Assembly: GCA_028534125.1 (NCBI GenBank) | Contig: CM052832.1 | Coordinates: 9,550,001 to 9,614,000 of the forward strand | Direction: 5' to 3' | DNA from: Lama glama | Lineage: Eukaryota | DNA length: 64,000 bases | In this document: positions 13,951 through 26,268 of the stretch, one piece after another | Numbering within the stretch: position 1 is the first letter of the stretch | Layout of the letters: each line of letters opens with the position of its first letter | Translations under genes and position numbers: made by a program | Notes under the pieces: model-generated | Database searches by the model: none | Told to the model about the DNA's origin: nothing | The model's input: the letters and a program-made list of their open reading frames with translations, nothing else

Positions 13951-15707
13951 TTGAGCACAATAAAATATTACTGACTGAATGAATGTGTGCACGATTAAAG
14001 AAAGGATTAAAAAACCTAAAGTAGGATGGAGTTATCATCAAACATCCACGGTGTTCAAGGCCCCACGTTAAGCTTGGTGAATAGGCTCGCAACAGCCCTG
14101 GGGAGCGGACGTCATTATTTCCATGGGCAGAAAAATCACATTCTGAGGTTCACAAGAATTTTAAGGGATGGTGCCAACGTTTCTCCACCGCATCACCTTG
14201 CTTTTAGCCTGAGTCTTGACATCTCTGGGGAAAGCCTCGACGGAGCCAGAGGACCCTCTAAGCCCCTCAATCCAGTGCCTTCCCCTGTGGCCCTTCTGCC
14301 TGAACAGTCCCACTGACAGGGGGCTGGCTCCCATCGGTCGTGGGGCCCTAGCTCCGTCTCCAGCGCAGGTGGAAACGGAATCCCATGGCTTCCCAGTCCC
14401 AGAGCCCAGCCTCTCCATCTCTAGTGACCTCTGGCAGTCCTTCCATCCTTCCCCTAGAGACATGGATCCCAAGTCAGAGGGGACTGGGGACCATAACAAG
14501 GCGTCCAGGAAGAGGCGAATACACAGGAGGGCTACAGAGGGGTGGAGTGGGCAGCCCATGCAGTGGACACGTGAGAGAGGTCTGTGGGCTCCCCCACCAC
14601 CACCGCTGCTCTGTCTGTAGGAGCCCATCCTGGGATAGATGCCAGGCCAGGCAGAGAGGATCCACTGGGCTGAATGATGCCTGGAAGAGGGAGCAGGTGG
14701 GGTGGGGCGCAGAGGTGGAAGCCATGCCCGGAAAGTCTCCTGGGACTCCCTGACCCAGACCCACGCAGCACCTGGGCCAGCTTCTCTAAAGGGTTTCTGG
14801 AAGCTTCCATGGAGGCTGCTCTACCAAGGTGAACCTCAAGGGGGAGGCCTTCTCCAGGAGAGAGGAGGAGGCGTCAGTCAGGGGAGTAAAGATGCTGCCG
14901 CACCCGACCCCAAGAGGCTGTCAGGTCTGGGAGGGCAGAGATGGTTCCTGTTCATCTTTGCAGCCCAGGGACCCAGCCCGCACTAGGTGTTCAACCAGTG
15001 TCTGCTGGATGGCTGGTTGGAGGTAGAACTTTGGGTCGTATGTAGACTGAAACCTGGCATTTATTGCTGCCTCTTTTCAAAAGCCCGCTAAAATGGCAAT
15101 AAACTTTAAAGCTGCAAATCCACAGAGACCAAGAGAGAGAAGACAGCAGGTGAGAGGTTCTAATAAAATTCTGGACACAGAAAGCGGATGGATGAGTGAT
15201 GTCTTATCAGAGAGCGGAAAGTTGAAACCTAAGTGCTTTCAAAGAGAGGGAGGATGTGAAGGTTGGGACACACACAAGGCCTATTCCTGCCACAGGACTC
15301 CGGAGGCTCAGGAGGTGGGTGCAGAGGGTGCCCTGAGAGCTGGGGTGCAGGACAGGGTGGGCAGAACAGACGCCTCCAGGTGTCTATCCCCTTCTGACCC
15401 TGGTGGAAGGTTGTTCTGGAGATTTGAACTGGAGAAGTCCTAGCCTCTAGGTATATCTCAGGAAGAGAGAAGGGCTTCTCTGGAAACTGGGAAGTTGGGG
15501 GAAAGTCTGAATATGAAGAGACCCTCCACTCTCCACCCCCCACCAACCCAGCTCCTTCGCACACTGGCTACGTAAACGCCAACATCCAGGCAGGACAGAA
15601 CTTGTCCAGATGCTAAATGGCCTGCTTCCAGCCAAGGATCACCAGGCATATACTGCTCCTCCTAGAATGAGATGTGATTCCTAGAAATGAAACCAGGTGG
15701 ATCCACC

Positions 15708-15917
15708 CAGTGGTGTGCTGGTAAATATTTAACCACTGGCTCTCTGGGGAAAAAAAAAAGAAAGCCTAATTTGTAGGCGTTTGCCAGTTTCCGTGGTGTA
15801 AATACTCTCACCGTGGCCAATTTCAAGCTACCAGGGTGAAGTCACTGATTGTGGAGTTAGGAGATGCTCACAGTCAGCTCTCACAGGCCAGACTGAGCTG
15901 GTGCCAGCCCACCATTG
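15708..15917. mobile_element. hAT DNA transposon fossil (MER63-like)
   Basis: TIRs cagtggtgtgctgg / ccagcccaccattg. Perfect 8-bp TSD gatccacc at 15700-15707 and 15918-15925, diagnostic of hAT elements. Confidence 0.85.
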
Positions 15918-16464
15918 GATCCACCCCTGGGTGGCCATGACCAGGGACTCACTCAGACCGCTGCTATGAGTCAGGTGCCCTCTGCCTTCATCCCCCTTCT
16001 CTGTCAACCAGGGTCCAGGAGCCTAACTAACCTTAGCGTCAGCTCTGCTAGGCCAGAGGAGAGACTTAAGGTGAGAAATCCATCCCTCGCCAACAAACCA
16101 CAAATCAGAAGAGGCAGTTTTACGCAAAACTAGGGCTGGAGAGGAAGCCCCCTGGAGACCAGGTCTGCTCCCTGAAATACTCTGCCAGTCTCTAGTGTCT
16201 GCTCCAACCCTACGTCATGGTCAGTTGTTGCTGGAGGGGTTGCCAAACCTGGACCGCTGGTGGTGTGGCCAGGATGGGTTTTGCTTGGGACTCAGGCTCT
16301 GGGGGCGCAGGGAGTTGGGGTTACTTTGGGGGGAAGGGGATGAGAATCAACTCCTTCCAAGTCTTCAGGCTCCTGGACATAACCTTGCTGTCCAACACCC
16401 CTGTGGCCTCAGTTTACCCCTCCACAGCCACCCATTCAGATGCTAGAGAAAGGAAGGACAAACT

Positions 16465-16470
16465 TTTAAT
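16465..16470 (-). terminator. Candidate CIMIP3 poly(A) signal ATTAAA
   Basis: Minus-strand ATTAAA about 170 nt after the CIMIP3 stop, followed by U/GU-rich sequence. Confidence 0.45.
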
Positions 16471-16637
16471 TGTTGCTGAGAAGCAAGACCTCCTTTTGCC
16501 ATTGCTGACGGTGGCCAGGGCATAGCCACCGGAGCCTGAGCACTTTCTGCTCCTCTGAGAGTGAGCAGCCCCTCCCCTTGGGGCCTGAGATCATCAGGGT
16601 GAGGGTGCAGGACAGAGGGCTTCCGACTGGCACAGGC

Positions 16638-16994
<357 letters not shown>

Positions 16995-19611
16995 CTACTG
17001 GGGCATCGAATACTGGGACTTTGACTGTGGGAACTGGGGAAGGAGGGAGGGGAAGGGGGCACTGGTCAGAATCCCGCAGAGCTACCTGGAGCCCAGCTCT
17101 GCTGGCCGTGGAGCCAGACACCTCCAGGCAGGGGAAGGCCTTCAAGGTCCACTGACTTGACATCTACTTCCGCAGACCTCGGTTTGCTTCTTGGAGACAC
17201 CTGCCAGCCCAGAGGCTGGGACCTGGGGGTCATCTCAACACCCCCACTGCCCCTTCCCCCTACATCTGGTCCATCCATCAATGTCCTCCTCATCATCCGC
17301 TCCACCACTCCATCAGGCCCCCATCCTCTCTCCCCTACAGGTACTCCAGCTTTCTACCAAATCTTCCTGCCTAATCTCTTGCCTTTTCAGCCTGTGGCTC
17401 ATACTCACACAGAATTAATCTTTCTATATTAAGGGCCAGATCATATGGCTGTCCTCAAAGCATCTTTTGCTCTCTGCTGCCCAGAAAATAAAGGCCATGG
17501 ACCCCAACCTGGAAGGCAAACCTTTAAGGACAGGGTTTCCCCGTCCCTGTGTTCTAGCCATACGGTCTGCCTGTTACCTCCTGGTCACACCTGGTCTTTC
17601 CAGGCTTCCACTGCCTTTGTTTAGGCTGCTCCCCCAGCCCAGCCTGCCTTCCCTCCCTCCCTCCCTCCCTCCCATCAGGAAAACTGTCTTTCCCGTTCAG
17701 CCTTGAGCTCCTTAAGAGCAGTACTCTCCCACCCTTACCCTTGACATAACAGCCTCCAAACTCCTATTTCTTCTTTTACTCCAGACCAAAGCATTGAGTG
17801 AGTGAGTACTCAATAAATATTGGTTCAACAGAGCTGGATTCTACTAAGAGGTCGCTCGCCTTCCAACCAGCCAGCCCATTCTATTTTGGAACCTATGTCA
17901 TTGTTCCAGAGTGTCTGCCACCCATCAGTGCCTGCCCTCCGTAAACACTCTTGGTTGATGGGTGTGGAGGTCCAGCCTCCTAGGGGTCCCCCATGCCCCT
18001 TTATCACATTGTACTGATGTTCATTTGCTCCTCTGTCACCATCCTCCTCCACCAACCTGTGACCAAATAGTCTTCCTCACCTGTGAACCCCCACGCCGCA
18101 TCCCAGCTACTGGCTGTCCTTTCACTAGGGGGTCTTCATAGCCGTGATAGTACAACCCAAAGGGTGAGATGCCTGAGTGTCAGGTGGCTCTGTCCCACTC
18201 CCCCAGGCTATGACTGTCAGGGGGGCCCATTTTGTCTCTGCTGAGCCTCGCAGTCCCTGGGAAACTGGGAGGGAACCCCTTGCAGCAGAGTTACTGAGAG
18301 TTGAACCCCTGCCATCTTAAAAAAGAAATCCCCTGTTCTCAAGTCATAATGCTAGGCTCCTGTGCGTTTAATTTACAAACTCTTTGCCCATCTCAGACCT
18401 GCCTGGGGCTTTCCTCCAGGGCAGCCTCTGCTCCCATAGGCTCCTACCAACATACTTGTGCCCTCAGACCTGCACTTCAAAATTCTTCCTAGTCAGCAGC
18501 TCTCTTGACACCTCCTCCAGGAAGCCTCTGGTGCTGCAGCCTCTGCCCCCATCTCACCCTCCTCCGTGCCTTCAGTCACTCCTCCTGGGATGTGGTCCTT
18601 CCCTGGGCTCAGACTAGGGTAAGGCCAGGGTGTGCATTTTAAGGAGGTGCTCACACTCAGACTCGTGCAAGGGCACCTTGAGTGCTTCCTCAGAAGTATT
18701 TTGTGCCCTCAGTGCTGTGCTGGCCTCATCTTAATCCCAAATCATGGTCCTTCTGGGCTCTTGCTAATGTCCCAACAGCCCAAACGACTCCCAGAGGTCA
18801 GGACCACATCCTATTCACCTCTGTGTCCCTGGGGCTTAACCCAGTGTTGGCACACAGCCAAGCTGGAGACAGGGGTGAACGAGCGTTCAGCAGCCCTTCC
18901 AGACTCTTCCAGGCTCAGCCTTGGGTTGCAGATTACAAGCAGAGGGGCAAACACTGGAAACGAGGTCATGACAGAGAGTCAACGATCATTTTTCACCATG
19001 ATTTCTGAGCACATCGCCAAACTCTAAGCGGATTATGTGCTGATCCTCACGTTAACCTTTTAAGGAAGGTGTTATTAGCCCCATTTATAATTGAGAAAAC
19101 TGACGTAAGGAGGTTATTCCCACGTTTAGGCTGAGAGGGAGTCAGGCTGTGATTTGAACCCAGACCTGTGCTGGGTTCCACACCCTGTTTTCTGTGATAT
19201 GTCCTGTGTCCACAGCACTGTGGAGACAGGGTCCGCCATTCATTTCTGTCACCTTGCTAAGCCCTTGCCAGGTGTGCTGGGCAGCAGGTGAGCAGCCAAG
19301 GCGGCCCCTCCCCAGGCCCCAGGCTCGCTGGTGAGAGAGGCAGCTCCACGTCCCAGTGTGACAGGGACGCTGTGGGGTTCTGAATGCTGGATTTGGGTTC
19401 TGGGTCTTTGGCCCCTGCACAGACGGGATGACACACTGGGAAGTGTGAGGTTTATTCTATGAATTACCTCTGAGCACAGCAGAGGATGTGACATTAGTGG
19501 CTCCATTCATTCATGCAAAGCTACTCCTGAGCGCCTCTTGTACACCAGGCTCTGGGTGTGCACATAACAAAGACACTGTGCTTCTGAACAAAGATACGAA
19601 GCCCGGCGGAG

Positions 19612-19823
19612 CAGGGCTCCTCGGCCTCGGCCCCTTTGACATCTTGGGCTGGATAATTCTTTGTTGTGGGGCTGTCCTGTGCATCGAAGGATGTTTAGCA
19701 TCAGCCTTGACCTCTGCCCACTAGATACCAGGAGCACCCTGTCCCTCGCCCCCTGCAGCTGTGACAGCCGAGAACTTTTCTCGGCATTGCCTATGCTTTC
19801 CAAGGGCGGTGAGAATCACAGCT
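19612..19823. mobile_element. MER20-like hAT-Charlie fossil
   Basis: ttgacatcttgggctggataattctttgttgtggggctgtcctgtgcatcgaaggatgtttagc...cccactagataccag. A second, oppositely oriented copy lies at about 20790-21008. Confidence 0.75.
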
Positions 19824-22411
19824 ACAGAGTCCGTGACAATTTCTTTATTTTCAGTGTTGAGGCTGAAGCCTGGCCCTGAAGAATTTTCCTTTCCTGGGCC
19901 ACAGAGCTGGCTCAGGTGTTTTTGTGTTAAGCATGATTCTGAGGATGTGGGGTTCTTGTCCTCCTGACACTGCTGGAGGGCTCAGTCTGTAGCCACAGAG
20001 ATGAGGGAATTGCCGAGGCCCCACTCCCCACCCACCCCTGCTCCCCAGCCATCTTGGCCACCTGGACCCTGCACCTCAGGCTCAGGGGCTGGTGTGAGGG
20101 GGGACCGAGGCATGTGCTTTCAGGAGAGTTGGGGGCTCTGACCAGAGACCCCACTGAGGGAAGGGCAACACTCTTTGCATCTACCATGTGCCAGGCACCG
20201 GCCACTCAGCTTTGCAAAAGCCCCGAAGAGGCATTTTGAGATGTTACTCCCATCTTTTAAATGGGGAAGCTGAGACTCAGGGAATCTAAGTTCACACAGT
20301 TAGTGAGTGGCGTGCAGGAACCTTGCAGAAGCCGCATGACCAGTGACCAGTTAGTGCAGGGCTCCCCTCCCTGTCTGCCCCGGCCTAGGCCCTGGGTCCC
20401 CCGTCAGCCGTGCCCCAGCTGCTGCTGCTGCTACACTCAGGACCCTGGGTGGGGGACCCACGACCCCCAGCACATCCAGGGATGAGGCCTTCACAGTAAC
20501 TGGGGCAGAGGGACAGCATGGGGAAGAGGAGAGGGAGGAGGAGCAGGAGGAGGAAGCGCAGGCAGCCCCAGCCTTGCCCTGCCCCTTCCAGGGGCCCAGC
20601 CAGGTTCCGGGTGACTAACCTCAAAGGGCTGAGAACACCCCATCCCCTCCTTGGCCCCAGCACCGGAGGGAGGGTGGGGCCCGATTGCATACTTTCCAAG
20701 TTAACATCTGGTTTCATTTAACCATCTCCTCCCCTCTCCAGTCTTCCCCCGTCAAATGCACAGCCTGCGTACGTGTGTGTGAGTTTTAGAGAACTGGCTC
20801 ACAACCAGGGGCATGCCACCCCACACCAGGGGACATTTGGCAATGCCTGGAGGTAGTTTTGGTGGTCACAACTTGGCGGGGGATACTCCTGGTGCCTAGT
20901 GGGTAGACGCTAGAGATCGTGTTAAACATCCCGCACTGCACAGGACAGATCTCACGGCAAAGAATGATCAGCTCACAATGGCAAAAGTGCCGAGGTTGAG
21001 AAAACTAGTTCAGAGGTTTAAGGAAGACCCCTGTTTCCCCTATCAGCTTCCTGCGGCCCTAAGCTTCCCATTCCATGGAGGGCAATGATGCTTAAAGGGC
21101 AAGGAGAGGGTCCCACCAGCCCCTTCCCTCCCTTCTGAATCCAGCTATCCTATTTTCACTTGGGTTTTGAGTGAGACAAAACAAGGAACCGGACCCCCTC
21201 CCTCAGTGAGCCCCTCTTGCAGGCAGTGCCCTAAGGCCTTTTAGATATACATTGTACATGTCTGTCCTTTACATTGGGGTGTAGAATGGAGAAGCGGGTG
21301 ACTGGAGGGCAGGACTTTCTGAGTAGGGCAAGAAGACCTCATATGTGACATTTCTTTCCCCGAAGGGGAAGACACTCTGTCCTCCCCAACACTTCAGGCC
21401 CCCTGCCTGTCTGCTGGCCGAGCCCCATGCCTGACAGTTCCACCATTAGCACCTCGTTTTTTCACAGAAGGCCCTGTGCCCTGTCAAAATGCAAAATGCA
21501 CTGGGTGAGGCAGCTGGTTACGCCTCCTGGGGCACCTGGTACTGGAAACGTGCCCGGGCTTTGGAGTTTCAAGGTCTGAGCTCAGGGCCTGACTCTGCCC
21601 TTACAGGTCAGGCATCCCCGGGCAAGTCGCGGAGCCTCTCTGAGCTTCAGTTGCCTCATTTGCAAAATGGGGGCTAACAAGTCTGCCTACTGCAGCAGCT
21701 CATGGTGGGGGTGTGATGAGTCGTGGGAAATTTAACAGCCAAGAGTCATTATTATCAGTCTCGTCCAGCAGTTCCACCAAAGTTTCAAACATGCTGAACC
21801 TTTATGAGCGCATGTTCGCCTCCAATGGGGCAGGGGGTCTGCAGGGAGTCAGTGAGGCAGCCACCAGCGGGCCTTGGCTTCCTCTGGGGTCCATGTAGCA
21901 GGGGGCTGGAATTTAAGTTCCAGTTCTACCACCCACTGGGTAGCTGATCTTCCAGTAATTTATAATTCGCTGTCCCTGTTTTCCCATCTATGAAGTGGGA
22001 ACAGCAAGAGAATCTCTTGGGTTACCATGATTGAAGGAGATACTCCCCATAAGGTGCCTGACCCTTCAGCACCGCATCAACGTTAGCTGTCATTATTACT
22101 TGTCACAAGTTTGCCTTGGAGATGGGCTTGTGCAAACTAACAGTCCAGGAAGTGTCTTGGGGAAGTGGAGAGACGGGAACCAGAGGAGATAGATGGTGGC
22201 CCACCTCCTGCCCTTCTCCCCCAGGAGACAATGATGGCTCCACAGTAGGAACAAGAGCTGGGCAGTGTCACTGGTGCCTAAGCCTTTTGTAAGAGAACCC
22301 CAGTTTCCAGCCACACAGGAGGGCGGGGCTGGGGCCTTCATTCTCCTTCCTGCCAATCAAACTTCTTGTGACCTTGGGTTGCCCTGATCCAACATTGTGA
22401 TGTCATCTCAC

Positions 22412-22420
22412 CTGGGACAT
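22412..22420 (-). CDS. CIMIP3: CIMIP3 first coding exon (only Met-Ser-Gln coding)
   Basis: Minus strand aggATGTCCCAG|gtgagat: A at -3, strong phase-0 donor matching the phase-0 acceptor at 16967, and an in-frame stop upstream. Gives a 112-aa protein MSQDSQK... Confidence 0.72.
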
Positions 22421-22889
22421 CCTTGACCAGGCCTTCCTTGGTGGTGAGATGGAACTTCTGGTGGCCAGGGGCTCCAGAGGTTTTCAGGGACTCTTGGGAG
22501 GGTACTGGGATGCTGAGGAGGGAGAACGTGTATAGGGCCGGGGGCATTGTGACACCTCTTTGACAACACAATTCCTTCTATCTTCCTAAGGAGATACAGG
22601 GACAGGGCTGAAGGCTGAAGTTTCAAGGTCTGGAAGGGTCTTTAAACCTTTTTAATGACTCACTCGGCAATTCCCTCTTCCCACGATTCCCAGGACCTCT
22701 GAGCTGCAGGTAGTGGGGTGAGTGGAGATAGGAGGAAGTCATACTAGTTATACAGGTACTTCTGGAAATCCTAGTGTGACCCCAGGCCCCCAATATGTCA
22801 CCAGAAATGGTGCAGAAGAAATGTACCCAGCCAACTCTCCCTTCTCTTCCTTCCTCTCTTTCTTTCTATCTACCTTCCAAATTACAGAG

Positions 22890-23300
22890 ATAATGGATGG
22901 ATGCATGGGTGGACGGATAGATGGACACAGAAACCCATGAATGGGCACACAGATGGATAGACGCATGGCTGGGTGGATAGGCAGAGAGGTAGGGGAGCGG
23001 ATGGGCAGATGGATGGGTGTGGGTAGGGGGATAGATGGTAGATGGGCAGACCCTCCTCATTTGACCCTGGTCACCCTAGTCTCATCTCTTCCTATCGTTT
23101 CCCTCACTTTGCAGCAGCTACTTTCTTAAACATATCCTGCTGCCTTTCCTCTGAGCCTTTGTATTTGCTATTCTCTTTCCTGGACCACTTGAAACAGAAT
23201 GTTAGAAGATGAAGGGATGGATGGATAGATGAGTAGACAGGTGGCAGGGTGGGGTGGCCATGAGTGAGTGGATGGGCAGATGGTCCATGAGTGGGTATAT
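22890..23300. repeat. Degenerate (GGAT/GGAC)n purine-rich low-complexity tracts
   Basis: Repeated atggatgg/ggtggatag units at about 22890-23050 and 23210-23300. Confidence 0.65.
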
Positions 23301-25570
23301 GGCAGGTTGTTGTGGTATAGAGGATGACATTGCAGGCCCAGGAACCATACATTTTGAGCCTGAATCCTGGCTCTACCATTTTACTAGCTGTGTGACCTTG
23401 GGCGAGTAATTGACCTCTCTGTACTTCTGTTTGCTCCTCTGTAAAATGGGTGGACTAAAGGTGTCTAACTCATAGAGTTGGGCAAAGCACTTAGGACAGT
23501 GCCTGGCACAGGGTGAGCACTCAAAAAATATTAGCTATTATCATGCTTAGGTGGGTGATTGGACAGATGGTAAGGCAGCTGAATTGGCACCCTGTCCCCT
23601 TCCCCTGACCACACACACCTCCTTAGGGTCCCATCTTCCTGATGATGCCAACTTGGTGGGCACCTTCCAGGAATGTGTCAGAAATGCCACAGGCAGGAAT
23701 GCCCTGGGCTGTTCCCTGGGATTGGTGGGGGAGGAGCGGTGAGGGAGGTGGAGCCAGCTGGTGACTTCCTGCCCTCGGCCACACTGGACCGGGCTGGGCC
23801 CAGGACTAGGTTCCTTCCTGGCACCGTGTCGGCGCTGACTGTTGGTTATTAGGTAGACTTTGGGGCCCATAGGCAGGTTGGCAGTTGGGGTGTTAATGAC
23901 TTGGACGCTGTGCTCAGATCTCACACCCTGATGGTAATACCCCTAATTTCTGAGGAGGCTGGGAGGAATCAGGAGGGGAGGTAGGCCGGGAGGAGGGTGG
24001 AGGAGGGGCAGCAGCTGACCTGCAAGGCTCTGGGGCTGGTGATATCTTGCCTGAGAGAGGCAGGGAAAGAGGGAGCGGGAGCTGAGAGCAGAGCCGGCCA
24101 GCTGGGTGGTGGGAGCTGAGTTAAGCTCCAGACAACAGTGAATCAGTCCTGCCTCCTGGAAGCCCACCCTTTCTCTGACTCTGTCACACACCTAGCAAGA
24201 CCTTGTGTTATTCCTCATCAAAATTCCTAGAAGGTAAGGACTGCGATCTGTACCCCACAGTGCTCAGTGGGTGTCTGGGAAGGATGGGCAGAGCTGGTGA
24301 GACTCAGAGCTGACTTTGGGAGCTCAGGCAGACCCAGTGTCCACTCCACCGAGGCCAGACACACAGCCTCTGCCCCACCTTCTCTGCCGTTGACCTGCAG
24401 GCACGTGGCTTTCGGGGTCCTGTTCCCGCCTTGCTCTAAGTAGACCCGGTTATTTGAACGTTCTCTCCACTCCTCATTACCTGCTGTATGATTTGGACAA
24501 ATTACTTAACCTCTCTGACCTTTACTTGAGTCTTTGTTGGACTTCAGTTACAGGGAGCTGAGTTATTCCTACAGCTCACTTCATGGTGCATTATCCTCAC
24601 TGGTCCATAAAGGCCTCCTCTCTGGTTGTAGTAATTTTCCCACTTTATCTCCAATCTCCAACCACATTCTCCACCCACCCCAGCCAGAGGCAACCATTCT
24701 AATGTGCTTAATGAGTATCTTGTTCACATGTGTTCCCGCAAAATAAATATTGTTTTGTGTGCAGGTAGTGTTCATGTGCATGAGTGGTTTTGTGTATTTT
24801 AGATCTCATCCTGTTGTTTACTTTGATCGCTACCTGCTGTTTTTAAGATCCATCCATATTATTCTACGAGCATCTAGTTCTCGGTTCCAGTTGCTCTGCA
24901 TCCCCTCCCCACCCAGGTGTCTCTAACTCTCCATCCCCACAAACAACACTGCAGTAACATCACATCCAGGTCCCCTTATGCACCTGGGTGATGGTTTCTT
25001 TGGGGCCTATTCCTAAGAGAGAACTGACTGGTCCTGGGGTATGAGTAGATGTCGTTTGAAGTCTTCTTTTCTCCGTCCATAAAATGGGTGGCTTGCCCCA
25101 TTTCTTGCAAGGCTGACTTGATGATAGTGGGTTAAGGCATGTAATCCACTCAGCCCAGGCCTGACACAGGAATGATGCTCAGTGAATGGAAGAGGCAGCT
25201 GCTGTTTCTTCCAGGTCTCAGGGAGAGAGAGACAGACAGAGACAAAGACAAGCTGGACTCAGGAGAGGTCGCATGAAAACACACCCAGGGCTCAAAGTCC
25301 CAGTTCAAGTGTTGGTCTCCAGACCCCGTGAGAAGTGTATGGGGCTGTGCTGATTCCCAGAGGGTAGGGATTGCTCTTGAAGGTTAGAACCTCTCACGTC
25401 AGAGCACAGGACTGTGCAGAGGATATGGCTGTGCCCAGGATATGCTTCCTGCCTCCCAGGGCTCGCCTCCCTTCCCTCCGAGCCTCCCCACGCAGGAGGC
25501 ACCAGACAGCCTCATTTGATGTTCTGTCTCTGCTCTGCCAGCCAACATGCATTTTAACCAGAGGAGAAAC

Positions 25571-26268
25571 TGAAATGGAGCAGGACCCTACAGGGCCGTC
25601 CCAGGACAGACCCCCTACCCTATCCCATCATGTCCTCTTGTGTGTAGAAAAACTATAGTCAAAGAATAGATTTAATCAGGGAAACAAGAAAATACAGAAA
25701 CAAAGAGAAATAGTCAAGCAAAACAAACTAATAATAGTTCAGTCATTAAACAAAGTCAAGGACCTTTAGTTCCTCCTCAAGGGCTATAGATAATATTCTG
25801 AGCCATGTCCTTTGAGCTGTCTTGTAGGCACTGAAACCCCCACCAGGTGGAAGAAGTTAACTGTACGATGACCAGACTGTAGCCATGACATATGCTGCCA
25901 CAATTCCGAGAACTGGCTTCAAAGAAATGGAAATAAGCCAACCCTGGAACTGAAGGTTAACTGTACTTAATCAAGATGACGCTGATCAGACCCCTGCATG
26001 GCTTATCTGCAAGATGACTGTCAGAGAGCTGACTGTGCTGTTCCGCATGCAGCCCCCTTCCTTTGCTTGTACACCCCTGAAACTCCCCTTTAAAAGCTAT
26101 CACCCACTGACTGTCGGGGGTGGGGGGTTTAGCCTTTGAACAAGAGTCCGCCCCCCACCCCATGTCCCCATGCCTCCGGAATAAAGCAAACTTTCCTTTC
26201 TACAAACATGTGCCTCTCTTTGTATTGGCTTTCGAGTGGTGAGCAGCTGGACCTGCGTTTCGGTAACA
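25571..26268 (+). mobile_element. Solo ERV1-class LTR
   Basis: Begins TGaaatggagcagg and ends ...cggtaaCA. Perfect 4-bp TSD aaac (25567-25570, 26269-26272). TATA-like tttaaaa at 26089-26095 and AATAAA at 26180-26185. Confidence 0.87.

Noticed and set aside
19612..21008. Inverted pair of MER20-like copies as a dsRNA stem
   Set aside because: Ancient, heavily diverged independent insertions; stable pairing is unlikely.
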